Part shown: positions 18,121 through 27,195 of the stretch, piece by piece | Numbering within the stretch: position 1 is the stretch's first letter | Layout: every line of letters begins with the position of its first letter | Assembly (NCBI GenBank): GCA_038046605.1 | Contig: JBBSVW010000073.1 | Span: 11,023 to 75,022, forward strand | DNA: 64,000 bases | Origin: Candidatus Micrarchaeota archaeon | GTDB lineage: Archaea; Micrarchaeota; Micrarchaeia; Norongarragalinales; SBBD01 | Reading direction: 5' to 3' | The notes under the pieces: generated by a model | Databases searched by the model: none | Told to the model about the DNA's origin: nothing | What the model saw: only the letters and a program-made list of their open reading frames with translations | Program-made: the position numbers and the translations under genes

Positions 18121-20367
18121 ATGGTTGGCGAATTCGTTGTCAAAAGCGAGGGCGGTAGGCGCCAGCTCATCATCAATTACAAGGGCTCCCCGTATGGGGC
18201 AGACATTGCGCAGTATGCGCCTTGCATGAAGGATGTTGTCGAAAAACTAAGGGAAGTCGATGCGGATGAGGTCGTGCTCTCCGAATACTATGAAAAGATC
18301 TACAATGCCGAACAAGTCGGGCTTCTTAGGGGAATAAGCGATCTTATCCAAAAGCTCGAAGCGCAGGCAGTATGGTCGCCAAGCAACCTTGGAAATACGA
18401 ATGATTCCAAGCTACTGGCGCCAAGGCACGATGCCATAATGCAAGCCCTTGATTTGCTTCCGGGAGACCCCTTCCGCGCCTACCTGGCAATTTTACAGGA
18501 AATAAAAACCCAGATGGCGCGCGCGCAAGCCTCGAATGAAGCGGCGCTTGATGACCTCAAGGTCTATCTCAAAACGCTTGGATTCATGCGAAGCGAGCTG
18601 GAAAAAACGCAGCTAATCTCCTCAATGAAAAAATACCTGTTGCAGCTTGCAACAATCCCAACTGACCGCAACATCTACCGCACGCTTTTCGAAGCGGCAA
18701 TAAAGCCATCCTTCATAGGCTCGCGCATCTTCTTTACCGGCTCTGAAAACCTGCAGCTAATCGACCAGTATGATGTGATTGGCACGAAGGTTTACATCTA
18801 CAAGCACCCGGAAAAAGTCGAGCTTCTCTACTATATCAACCCTCCCGAATACACCCTTTCGCCCGAAAAATATTTCCTCCTGGAAAAGACAAAGGAGGTC
18901 GTTTCAACCCACCGCCCGGCGTCCGTATCCTTCCTTGACATGCAGCAGGCGCGCAAGTATTTCCGCAAGATTTACATGGCAACAATCAACGATTTGGCAA
19001 CCCAAAACAACATAAAAATATCCGCAGAGGAAAAAGATGAGCTTTCGACCATTGTCAGCAGGTACACAATTGGCTACGGAATCATGGAAATCCTCCTATC
19101 CGACAGGCAGCTCACCGACGTGTATGTTGATTCCCCGCTCGGCGAAAAGCCCATCTACCTCGTCCATAGCAAATACGGCCAGTGCCAAACAAATGTGATA
19201 TTTTCCCAGGAGGAGGCAAAAAGCCTGATTTCAAGGTTCCGCGCACTATCTGGGCGGCCCTTTGATGAAGCCCACCCCATCCTGGATTTTGATCTGCCCG
19301 ATTTGCAAACCCGCATTGCAGCAATTGGCAGGCCCCTTGCGGTTGACGGGACGGCCTTTGCCTTGCGTTTGCACAAGGAAACACCCTGGACGCTCACGCA
19401 ATTTTTGGATTTCCGCATGTTCAATCCCCTAACCGCCGGGCTTTTGTCATTCATGGTGGATGCTCAGGCATCAATGCTGATTGTTGGAAGCAGGGGCGCG
19501 GGCAAGACGTCGATCCTTCAAAGTTTAATGCAGGAAATTCCTCAAAACCTAAGGATAATTGTGCAGGAAGACACTTTAGAATTGCCTGTCCATTCCCTCA
19601 AGCGCCTTGGCTTTTCCATCCAGCGGCTCAAAACAAGGGCGCCCCTTGGGATGCAAAGCGAATCCGAGGTGTCCGCTGAGGATGCGCTTAGGACTGCCCT
19701 TCGTTTGGGCGATTCGGTATTAATTGTAGGGGAGGTGAGGTCCGTTGAAGCTAGGGCCCTATTCGAAGCCATGAGGGTAGGGGCGGTTGGAAACGTTGTA
19801 ATGGGGACCATCCATGGCGAGAGCGCGTATTCCATTTGGGATCGAATTGTTAATGATTTGGGGGTTCCAACTACCTCATTCAAGGCAACTGATTTTGCAA
19901 TTGTTGCAACGCAGATCAGGTTCAAAGGATCGCTCAAGCGCCAAAGGAGGCTTATTGAAATCACGGAAGTCAAAAAGCATTGGACGCAGGATCCGGATAA
20001 GGAGGATGGCTTCCTTAACTGGATGATGTTTGATGCTGCAAAGGATGATTTGGAGTTTTTTGAGGAAAAAATCAAGGAATCCGAATGGCTAGATAAGCTG
20101 CAAAAAACCCGTGGGCTAAAGTTGGAGCAGATTTGGGATGAAATCCATGCGCGGGCGGATGCAAAGCAATACCTTGTGGATCTCAAGCGCAAATACTCCA
20201 TTCCTAAGCTTTTAGAAGCTGAAAACACATTGCCGGCGCACAGCCGCTATATGCTGCTATCAGAAGCGCAGCGCGAGGAGAATGGCAGTGTCGATCACAA
20301 GCAGCTGCTTAAGGATTACCGGGCGTGGGTCGATGATTACCTTGCCAAACCATTACTGAAGAAATAA
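18121..20367 (+). CDS. Type II/IV secretion system ATPase (archaeal pilus-assembly/VirB11-FlaI-like)
   Basis: Walker A GSRGAGKTS, QEDTLEL, ALRLGDSVLIVGEVR, MGTIHG; long N-terminal domain; probable start ATG 18121. Confidence 0.92.
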   Translation: MVGEFVVKSEGGRRQLIINYKGSPYGADIAQYAPCMKDVVEKLREVDADEVVLSEYYEKIYNAEQVGLLRGISDLIQKLEAQAVWSPSNLGNTNDSKLLAPRHDAIMQALDLLPGDPFRAYLAILQEIKTQMARAQASNEAALDDLKVYLKTLGFMRSELEKTQLISSMKKYLLQLATIPTDRNIYRTLFEAAIKPSFIGSRIFFTGSENLQLIDQYDVIGTKVYIYKHPEKVELLYYINPPEYTLSPEKYFLLEKTKEVVSTHRPASVSFLDMQQARKYFRKIYMATINDLATQNNIKISAEEKDELSTIVSRYTIGYGIMEILLSDRQLTDVYVDSPLGEKPIYLVHSKYGQCQTNVIFSQEEAKSLISRFRALSGRPFDEAHPILDFDLPDLQTRIAAIGRPLAVDGTAFALRLHKETPWTLTQFLDFRMFNPLTAGLLSFMVDAQASMLIVGSRGAGKTSILQSLMQEIPQNLRIIVQEDTLELPVHSLKRLGFSIQRLKTRAPLGMQSESEVSAEDALRTALRLGDSVLIVGEVRSVEARALFEAMRVGAVGNVVMGTIHGESAYSIWDRIVNDLGVPTTSFKATDFAIVATQIRFKGSLKRQRRLIEITEVKKHWTQDPDKEDGFLNWMMFDAAKDDLEFFEEKIKESEWLDKLQKTRGLKLEQIWDEIHARADAKQYLVDLKRKYSIPKLLEAENTLPAHSRYMLLSEAQREENGSVDHKQLLKDYRAWVDDYLAKPLLKK

Positions 20368-20841
20368 TGGGGTAGGGGCGACACGCGTAGGGGAAATGTG
20401 TTCCCCTAGAGGTGTCGATTACAAGGAGTGGGTTGACAACTATTTAGCGAAACCATTGCTCAAAAAATGAGGGGGTAGAGGCAACACGAGTAGGGGGATA
20501 CTTCCCCCTGTAGGTGTCGATTACAAGCAATGGGTTGACGACTACTTGGCAAAACCATTATTAAAGAAATAATGGGGTAGAGGCGATGTTGGAGTTGAAA
20601 GACAACTACGACATAAGTAGAGGCAAGCTCTACGCTACACGAGTAGGGGAAATGTGTTCCCCTATGGGTGTCGATTACAAGCAATGGGTGGACGGCTATT
20701 TGGCGAAGCCGCTGCTGAAGAAATAAATTCAATTAAATTGATACGCAGAAGTAACTAGGGGGGAGGCGGCGACACGTGGTGGGGGCTTAGCCCCCATTGG
20801 GTGTCGATGATTATTTGGCGAAGCCGCTTCTGAAGAAATAG
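20314..20841 (+). repeat. Tandem array: ATPase 3'-end plus four variant copies (20417-20470, 20519-20572, 20673-20726, 20803-20841), each preceded by a conserved hairpin
   Basis: Copies translate DYRAWVDDYLAKPLLKK*, DYKEWVDNYLAKPLLKK*, DYKQWVDDYLAKPLLKK*, DYKQWVDGYLAKPLLKK*, VDDYLAKPLLKK*. Hairpins at 20379-20417, 20482-20519, 20637-20671, 20770-20806. Confidence 0.95.
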
Positions 20842-20968
20842 GACTTGCAATTAAGCTCACGTGTTTTACTATTTGCACCTTAACCCTTTTTATTCCTCAT
20901 TTCAAAAAAATTATAGATTTTGCAACAGTTTAAAAGCCTCTTTTCCTTCAATTTTGCGAGGGGTATAG

Positions 20969-22237
20969 TTGAAAATTGGGATACTGACAGGCACTAGGCC
21001 TGACATCATCAAAATGGCGCCGGTCTACTGGGAGGCAAAGCGCTGGGGGCATAGGCCGGTTCTAATCCACACCTCGCAGCACTTCCCCTACCACCTATTC
21101 GAGGGCGTTTACCGGGATTTGGATTTGCCCTTCCCCCCTGATTATTTGGTGCAGTATGGCATTGTAAAGAAGCTGGGCGTGCACGTTTCAAAGGCGGCCT
21201 ATCATTTGGATGAGGGCGCTAATCTAGGGCTCTCCAAAAAATTCGAGAATCTTGCAACCAAAATCACCTCAAGAAGGCCAAATCCCGCTGCAACGGTGGG
21301 GAGCATAATGCTGGAGCTTAATTCCCTTTTCCAGGGCGAACTTAAGGATCTTGACATCCTGCTTGTGCATGGCGATACCCTGACAAACATGGCCGGCGCG
21401 CTTGCTGCTTCCCTTAACCTCATTCCCGTTGGCCATGTGGAGGCGGGCCTTCGAACTTTTTCAAAAGAGCCCTTTCCCGAGCAGATAGATACGCGTGTTG
21501 CGGATGCATGCTCCGATGTATATTTTGCAGCAACGAAAACCAACGAAATCAACCTGATAAATGAGGGGTATCAAAGAGACCGGATCTTTGTTGTTGGCAA
21601 TACCGTAGTTGATGCGGCGATATTTGCTGCCAGGAAAGGGAAATCGAGCCGCGCCTTTTTTGAGAAATTGGGCTTTGATTTTTCAAAAAAGCTGGTGTAT
21701 TTCTCATGCCATCGCAGGGAGAGCCTCATGCATGAGCAAAGGTTTAGGGCAATTGTTTTTGCAATGGCTAATCTTAGCGATCTTGGCTACCAAGTCCTTT
21801 GGTCGGTTAGGCCCGGGACACAAGAAGCTATCAATAAATACGGCCTGAATCCCATGCTGAAGGACCATCCAAACCTTCGCCGGGTATCTGAAATTCCAAG
21901 GTATTCCGATATTATGTTTTTCATTTCAAAATGCCATCTAGTTGCAACCGATTCCGGAAGCATGCAGGAGGAAACTGCCGCCCTTCATGTGCCAACTGTT
22001 ACCCTAAGATTTGTCACGGATAGGCCAGAGAGCGTAGATGCGGGAGTAAACATATTGGCACCGCCAACATCGGAAAAGGCAATCCGGTCGATACTTGATA
22101 CTGCCTCCTCTCCCAAGGTTAATAAGCAAATGCGCCTAAAAAAGAATCCTTACGGGGATGGCAAATCCGCCTTAAAAATAATTTCGTCACTAGAAAAGCT
22201 GGAGGGCAAATTTATCCGGTGGGAGCATGGAAAATAG
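20969..22237 (+). CDS. wecB: UDP-N-acetylglucosamine 2-epimerase (non-hydrolysing)
   Basis: GTRPDIIKMAP, VHGDT, GHVEAGLRT, VGNTVVDA, TDSGSMQEE, NPYGDG. Confidence 0.93.
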   Translation: MKIGILTGTRPDIIKMAPVYWEAKRWGHRPVLIHTSQHFPYHLFEGVYRDLDLPFPPDYLVQYGIVKKLGVHVSKAAYHLDEGANLGLSKKFENLATKITSRRPNPAATVGSIMLELNSLFQGELKDLDILLVHGDTLTNMAGALAASLNLIPVGHVEAGLRTFSKEPFPEQIDTRVADACSDVYFAATKTNEINLINEGYQRDRIFVVGNTVVDAAIFAARKGKSSRAFFEKLGFDFSKKLVYFSCHRRESLMHEQRFRAIVFAMANLSDLGYQVLWSVRPGTQEAINKYGLNPMLKDHPNLRRVSEIPRYSDIMFFISKCHLVATDSGSMQEETAALHVPTVTLRFVTDRPESVDAGVNILAPPTSEKAIRSILDTASSPKVNKQMRLKKNPYGDGKSALKIISSLEKLEGKFIRWEHGK

Positions 22238-23708
22238 GGTGCTACTAGGGATTGCATTGTTTGCGGCAATTTCCCTAGCGGGCTTTTTCCTATCGCTCTA
22301 TGCAGTTTCTGGAAATGCGGCATACTGGTGGGATGAGGCTGAATACGGCATCCTATCAAGGAGCATGACCCAAAACGGCTACTTCGGGTTTTTTGGCGGC
22401 CCAAGCTATAGGCCCCCAATGCTCCCAGTTTACATCGCAATCCTGCGCGGCCTTGTTGGGGAATTGGCCTGGATATTGATAATTCCCCTCTTTTCCGCCC
22501 TAAGCGCCGGGGCAATTTTCATCCTTTCAAGGAAGCTGTTTGGCGAAACTGCAGCGGTCATCGCCTCAATTCTCATGCTCTCTTCTAGCCTTTACATCTT
22601 CTATTCCGGCAGGCTATTAACCGAGGTTCCGGGCATCTTCTTTAGCGCCCTATCCGCTTACTTTTTCTTCAAAGCCTTTGAGGAAAAGCGCCCGCGCGAT
22701 TTCCTCCTCCTCTGCCTTTTTTCCCTGACCGCGTTCCTGGTATACTATCGGTTTTCCATGATGCTTGTTTCGATGGCACTCTTTGCCCTATTATTCCGGA
22801 CAAAGGGCATTTTGGAAAATCTTAAGCCCATTTTGGCATCCCTGGCAATCTTTTTGATTTTGCTTGCGCCCCTCCTTCTCTACAGCAACTCCTATTTCGG
22901 ATCGTTCATCGGCCTATTTTCCTCCTCGTATTCCGGCCAGCAACCCGAGCCCCTTGATTGGTTTATTTCCAACATAGGGCACATTTTCTCAAACATGTAT
23001 GTTGTGGCATTCACAATTATTGCATTTATTTACGCTCTTGCATTTGGCCAAAAGCCAATCCGTTTCCTTGCGCTTCTTACAATTATCTCCTTCATTTCCG
23101 CAAGCGTGCTTCTTAACCACAAGGAGGATAGATACCTGATGCCCCTATTTCCAATCGTATTCATGCTTATTGCCGGCTTTTGCGCCGTGGTTTTGGAAAA
23201 AGCATATTCTGCAATAAAGGGCTTTTCGTCGGCGCACATGGAAAAGGGTGCAATCTATATTTCGGCAAGCATTCTTGTCCTTTTCCTGCTCTACCAATCA
23301 ACACTTGCAAATATGGGGCAGGGCCTTTCGCTTTTCGAATCGAAAAAAGCCTCATTTGGGGATGTGAAGGAAGCGGCGCTATTTGTCCGCGACTCGACCC
23401 TGCCTCAAGATGCCGTAATGTCGGATTCCGTAACCGCCATGTTTTATATGGATCGCTATAGCGCGGGCTTTTCGTCAAGCAACATATCCTATGTCCAGGG
23501 GCTTCTTGAAAGCAAAAAGCCCAAATACCTTCTCATCACTGCCTACGAATCCAGGGATGCGTACATCAACGCGATAAATAATATGAAAAATCTTAAGGTT
23601 GCAGCAAATTCGGTGGAATATGTGTTCCTCCATCCGGAAAAATTCCAGCTTGAGAAGGTATTCCCAACTGAAACTTCCCCATACGTGATGGTTTTCAAAA
23701 TAATTTGA
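22227..23708 (+). CDS. GT-C fold (ArnT/PMT-like) membrane glycosyltransferase
   Basis: WWDEAEY, RPPMLP, LLTEVP, HKEDRYLMP; many TM helices. Confidence 0.85.
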   Translation: MENRVLLGIALFAAISLAGFFLSLYAVSGNAAYWWDEAEYGILSRSMTQNGYFGFFGGPSYRPPMLPVYIAILRGLVGELAWILIIPLFSALSAGAIFILSRKLFGETAAVIASILMLSSSLYIFYSGRLLTEVPGIFFSALSAYFFFKAFEEKRPRDFLLLCLFSLTAFLVYYRFSMMLVSMALFALLFRTKGILENLKPILASLAIFLILLAPLLLYSNSYFGSFIGLFSSSYSGQQPEPLDWFISNIGHIFSNMYVVAFTIIAFIYALAFGQKPIRFLALLTIISFISASVLLNHKEDRYLMPLFPIVFMLIAGFCAVVLEKAYSAIKGFSSAHMEKGAIYISASILVLFLLYQSTLANMGQGLSLFESKKASFGDVKEAALFVRDSTLPQDAVMSDSVTAMFYMDRYSAGFSSSNISYVQGLLESKKPKYLLITAYESRDAYINAINNMKNLKVAANSVEYVFLHPEKFQLEKVFPTETSPYVMVFKII

Positions 23709-23718
23709 TGTGATTTCC

Positions 23719-25020
23719 ATGAAAATAGCATTCATTGGAGCGGGGTATGTGGGCCTAGTATCTGCCGTAGGCTACGCCCTTGCTGGAAACGATAGCGTAT
23801 GCATAGAAATTGATGAGCGCAAAATTGCGCAAATCAATGGCGGCAAGGCGCCAATTTATGAGGGGGGGCTTGATGATGCGCTGTTGAAACTAACCCGCGA
23901 TGGTAAACTTTTGGCAACCTCCGATTATAACGGCATAGCCTCCGCCCAGGCAATTTTCATCTGCGTTGGCACGCCTTCGGCGCAGGATGGTTCAATTGAC
24001 CTGCGGTATATTGAGGATTCCTGCGCTAAAATAGCCTCAATTCTCCCAAAAATGAAGGGATACCCAATTGTCGTGGTCAAGAGCACGGTAATTCCAGGGA
24101 CCACAAGCGGCCTTGTCAAGGGAATTTTGGAAAAGGGGAGCAAACTGCGCGCAGGAAGGGATTTTGGGCTTGCCATGATGCCAGAATTCCTTAGGGAGGG
24201 AACCGCACTTGCTGATTTCAAGCATCCGGATAGGATTGTCATTGGAACCATGGATGAAAAAACAAGGAAGGTGCTAATGGGTCTGCATTCAAAATTCCCA
24301 GGCGAAAAACTCATTGTCAGCCCCTCCGCGGCAGAGATGATCAAGTACGCAAGCAACTCATTTTTGGCAACCAAAATCTCATTTGTGAACCAGCTTGCGC
24401 TGCTTTGTGAAAAAACCGGCATTGATGTTGATGATGTTGCAAGGGGGATGGGACTTGACAATAGGATAGCGATGCCATTCCTTCGAGCGGGCCCGGGTTT
24501 TGGAGGAAGCTGCTTTCCTAAGGATGTTAGGGCCCTGATGCATTTTTCAGGCAAGGAAGGGGTTGAACCCACAATTCTCGAATCCGTAATGTTGGTAAAT
24601 TCCCTGCAGCCGCTTTGGCTAATTGGGGCGGCGCAGGAAAAAATGCCCCTTAAGGGCAAAACAATTTGCATCCTTGGCCTTGCATTCAAGCCGGATACCG
24701 ACGATGTGCGCGAATCGCCTGCGATCCCAGTCATTTCGCAGCTTTTGAAAATGGGATGCAAGGTTTTGGCATACGATCCCAAAGGAATGGCAAATTTCAA
24801 AAAGCTATTTCCCAAGTTGGATTATGCCAATTCAATGGATGATGCGCTTAAAGGCGCCGATGCCTGCATGATAATAACCGATTGGAAGGAATTCAAAAAG
24901 CCAATTGCCCATTATGAGAGGCTAATGAAAAATCCACTCATTTTGGATTCAAGAAGGATACTTGATCCAAAAACCGCAATTACTGCAAGTTATATTTCGC
25001 TTGGAAGGGGAATTGCATGA
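23719..25020 (+). CDS. ugd: UDP-glucose/GDP-mannose 6-dehydrogenase
   Basis: [52 protein letters not shown]. Confidence 0.92.
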   Translation: MKIAFIGAGYVGLVSAVGYALAGNDSVCIEIDERKIAQINGGKAPIYEGGLDDALLKLTRDGKLLATSDYNGIASAQAIFICVGTPSAQDGSIDLRYIEDSCAKIASILPKMKGYPIVVVKSTVIPGTTSGLVKGILEKGSKLRAGRDFGLAMMPEFLREGTALADFKHPDRIVIGTMDEKTRKVLMGLHSKFPGEKLIVSPSAAEMIKYASNSFLATKISFVNQLALLCEKTGIDVDDVARGMGLDNRIAMPFLRAGPGFGGSCFPKDVRALMHFSGKEGVEPTILESVMLVNSLQPLWLIGAAQEKMPLKGKTICILGLAFKPDTDDVRESPAIPVISQLLKMGCKVLAYDPKGMANFKKLFPKLDYANSMDDALKGADACMIITDWKEFKKPIAHYERLMKNPLILDSRRILDPKTAITASYISLGRGIA

Positions 25021-25967
25021 AAGTATTTGTCACCGGAGGCGCGGGATTCATAGGGAGCCACGTATGCGAAAAATTGGTATCACTTGGGCATGAGGTAATT
25101 GCAATTGACAATTTCGATCCTTACTACGGAAAGGGGCAAAAGATCGCCAATATTTCCCCCCTTAAGAAAAGCAAAAAATTCCACTTTTTGGAAATGTCCA
25201 TCCTATCCCCCGAATTTCCCGCCTATCTGAAGGAATCCGGCGCGGATTCGATAATCCACCTTGCTGCAAGGCCCGGCGTTAGGCCCTCGCTTGCCGATCC
25301 ATTCATTTACCAGAAAATAAATGTGGAGGGCACCCTTAGGGTTTTGGAGGCATGCCGAATTGCGGATATTTCCAATCTTGTTTCCATTTCCTCCTCATCA
25401 GTTTATGGAAATTGCAAAACCAAGCCCTGGAAGGAAACTGATACCCCCCTTCCGGCTTCCCCCTATGGCGCATCCAAGCTTGCCGGTGAGGCCTACGTCC
25501 GCGCTTACCACGAACTATATTCCATTTCCGCCAAATGCCTTAGGTATTTTTCAGTATACGGTGAAAGGCAGCGGCCCGACCTTGCACTTGCGCTCTTCGC
25601 CAATGCAATGATGGAAAATAAGCCCATCAGGATGTTTGGGGATGGCTCATCTCTTAGGGATTACACCTATATCTCCGATGCCGTCGATGGCACGATTTCA
25701 GCCCTTTTGGCAAATCCGGATTTCGAGATTTTCAATATAGGCAATTCAAAGCCAGTTGCGCTCAAGCGTTTAATTAACCTACTGGAGCAAAATCTTGGAG
25801 TGAGCGCCAAAATTGAGCGCCTCCCGGAGCAAAAGGGCGATTTGTCGGATACGTATGCTGACATTAGCAAGGCAAAAAAAATGCTGAATTATTCCCCAAA
25901 GGTTGGAATTGAATGGGGGGTAAAAAAATACATCGAGTGGAGGAAAAAGGCATGGATTGGGAAGTGA
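25017..25967 (+). CDS. NAD-dependent epimerase (UDP-glucuronate 4-epimerase-like)
   Basis: [39 protein letters not shown]. Confidence 0.85.
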   Translation: MKVFVTGGAGFIGSHVCEKLVSLGHEVIAIDNFDPYYGKGQKIANISPLKKSKKFHFLEMSILSPEFPAYLKESGADSIIHLAARPGVRPSLADPFIYQKINVEGTLRVLEACRIADISNLVSISSSSVYGNCKTKPWKETDTPLPASPYGASKLAGEAYVRAYHELYSISAKCLRYFSVYGERQRPDLALALFANAMMENKPIRMFGDGSSLRDYTYISDAVDGTISALLANPDFEIFNIGNSKPVALKRLINLLEQNLGVSAKIERLPEQKGDLSDTYADISKAKKMLNYSPKVGIEWGVKKYIEWRKKAWIGK

Positions 25968-26063
25968 TTAATGCATTTCGTAGTCATATTGCGCAAATTG
26001 CAAAAAATCCAGGCTTACCATTTGAATTGCAATCCAACGGATGAAAAAGGCGAAAAATCAAAT

Positions 26064-27008
26064 ATGTTAATTTCAATAGTAATCCCGGTATTCAACGAAA
26101 AGGAAAACATCCAACCCCTGGTTGCAGAAATTGGCAAAACAGCTTTTTCCCTTCGTAAAAAGGGCATGCAAACCGAGCTGATCCTTGTGGATGATGGCAG
26201 CACCGATGGCACATTCAAGGAAATCCAAAGGCTAAAAGTGCAATCCCCAAATATCCGGGCCATAAGATTCCGGAGGAATTTTGGCCAGACGGCGGCCTTT
26301 GATGCGGGTTTTGCGCAGGCCAAGGGCGAGGTTGTAATCACAATGGATGGCGATTTGCAAAACGATCCTGCCGACATCCCCTTGCTTTTAGATAAACTGA
26401 ACGAAGGGTATGATGTTGTTTCGGGATGGCGCTTTGAACGCAAGGACGCCGCCTTTTCAAAAAAGCTCCCCTCATTGTTTTCGAACTATCTTGCAAGGTC
26501 CCTAACAGGCCTTAAGCTGCATGATTTCGGCTGCTCGCTTAAGGCATACCGACGCGAAGCACTCAAGGATCTGCGCCTATTTGGCGAAATGCATCGTTTC
26601 GTTCCTGCAATCCTGTTTACAAAGGGCTTTCGGATCGCGGAGGTAAAAGTCCGCCACAGGCCCCGGAAATTTGGCAAAACCAAGTATAATTTTACGCGCC
26701 TGCTAAAGGGCTTCCTCGACTTGCTCTACATCAAGTTCTGGTCCTCCTTTTCCACAAGGCCCCTTCACCTATTTGGCCTCATGGGCTTTTCCATGCTGTT
26801 CGTATCCGGCCTGATTGCGGCATACAAGTTTCTTGCATTGGTGTTCTTTTCGCAGCCAATCGAGGTCACCCCCGCACTATTGTTATCAGTTTTGCTTGCA
26901 ATCCTTGGCTTATTGTTCATAATGTTTGGCTTCCTTGGCGAGGTGCAGGTTAGGACCTACTACAACACTTCTAAGGAGCACGAATATGAAATCGAAAGGA
27001 AAATATGA
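26064..27008 (+). CDS. GT2 glycosyltransferase, ArnC/GtrB-like polyprenyl-phosphate transferase
   Basis: IPVFNE, VDDGSTD, RNFGQTAA, DGDLQNDP, GEMHRF; two C-terminal TMs. Confidence 0.9.
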   Translation: MLISIVIPVFNEKENIQPLVAEIGKTAFSLRKKGMQTELILVDDGSTDGTFKEIQRLKVQSPNIRAIRFRRNFGQTAAFDAGFAQAKGEVVITMDGDLQNDPADIPLLLDKLNEGYDVVSGWRFERKDAAFSKKLPSLFSNYLARSLTGLKLHDFGCSLKAYRREALKDLRLFGEMHRFVPAILFTKGFRIAEVKVRHRPRKFGKTKYNFTRLLKGFLDLLYIKFWSSFSTRPLHLFGLMGFSMLFVSGLIAAYKFLALVFFSQPIEVTPALLLSVLLAILGLLFIMFGFLGEVQVRTYYNTSKEHEYEIERKI

Positions 27009-27195
27009 GAAAAAAACGGAAAATAGGAGCAAATGGAAAAATATGAATCTAAAATAATGCATTGATTGGAATTCGATCCAAAATATAACGATACTTAAAA
27101 TTCAGCCAACTAAATAATGATAATTGATAATCTCACCAGGCAAATCCATCCAATATAGCATTCAAATCTGAAAACAAACCGATGTGTGATAATTT

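Noticed and set aside
20468-20572. Selenocysteine or stop read-through (TGA followed by a hairpin, with unit 2 in frame with unit 1)
   Set aside because: Only this junction is in frame (48 nt). The gene-to-unit-1 spacer is 49 nt and the other stops are TAA/TAG. The hairpin does not resemble an archaeal SECIS.
20460-20732. 90-aa minus-strand ORF across the array
   Set aside because: Conservation follows the plus-strand ATPase frame; this ORF appears incidental.
20379-20806. Canonical integron attC sites or bulge-helix-bulge introns
   Set aside because: No RYYYAAC/GTTRRRY core boxes; the internal loop is a symmetric 3x3, not two bulges separated by a 4-bp helix.
20368-20841. CRISPR array interpretation of the hairpin/spacer pattern
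   Set aside because: The hairpins vary in sequence, the intervening segments are homologous to each other and to the adjacent gene, spacing is irregular, and no cas genes are in the window.
20314-20841. Classical shufflon swapping C-termini
   Set aside because: All local copies are direct rather than inverted, encode nearly the same peptide, and have no adjacent invertase.
23925-24815. Long antisense ORFs (also 19542-20228, 2379-3014, 15919-16485)
   Set aside because: They lie opposite well-supported genes and have no motifs; treated as shadow ORFs.
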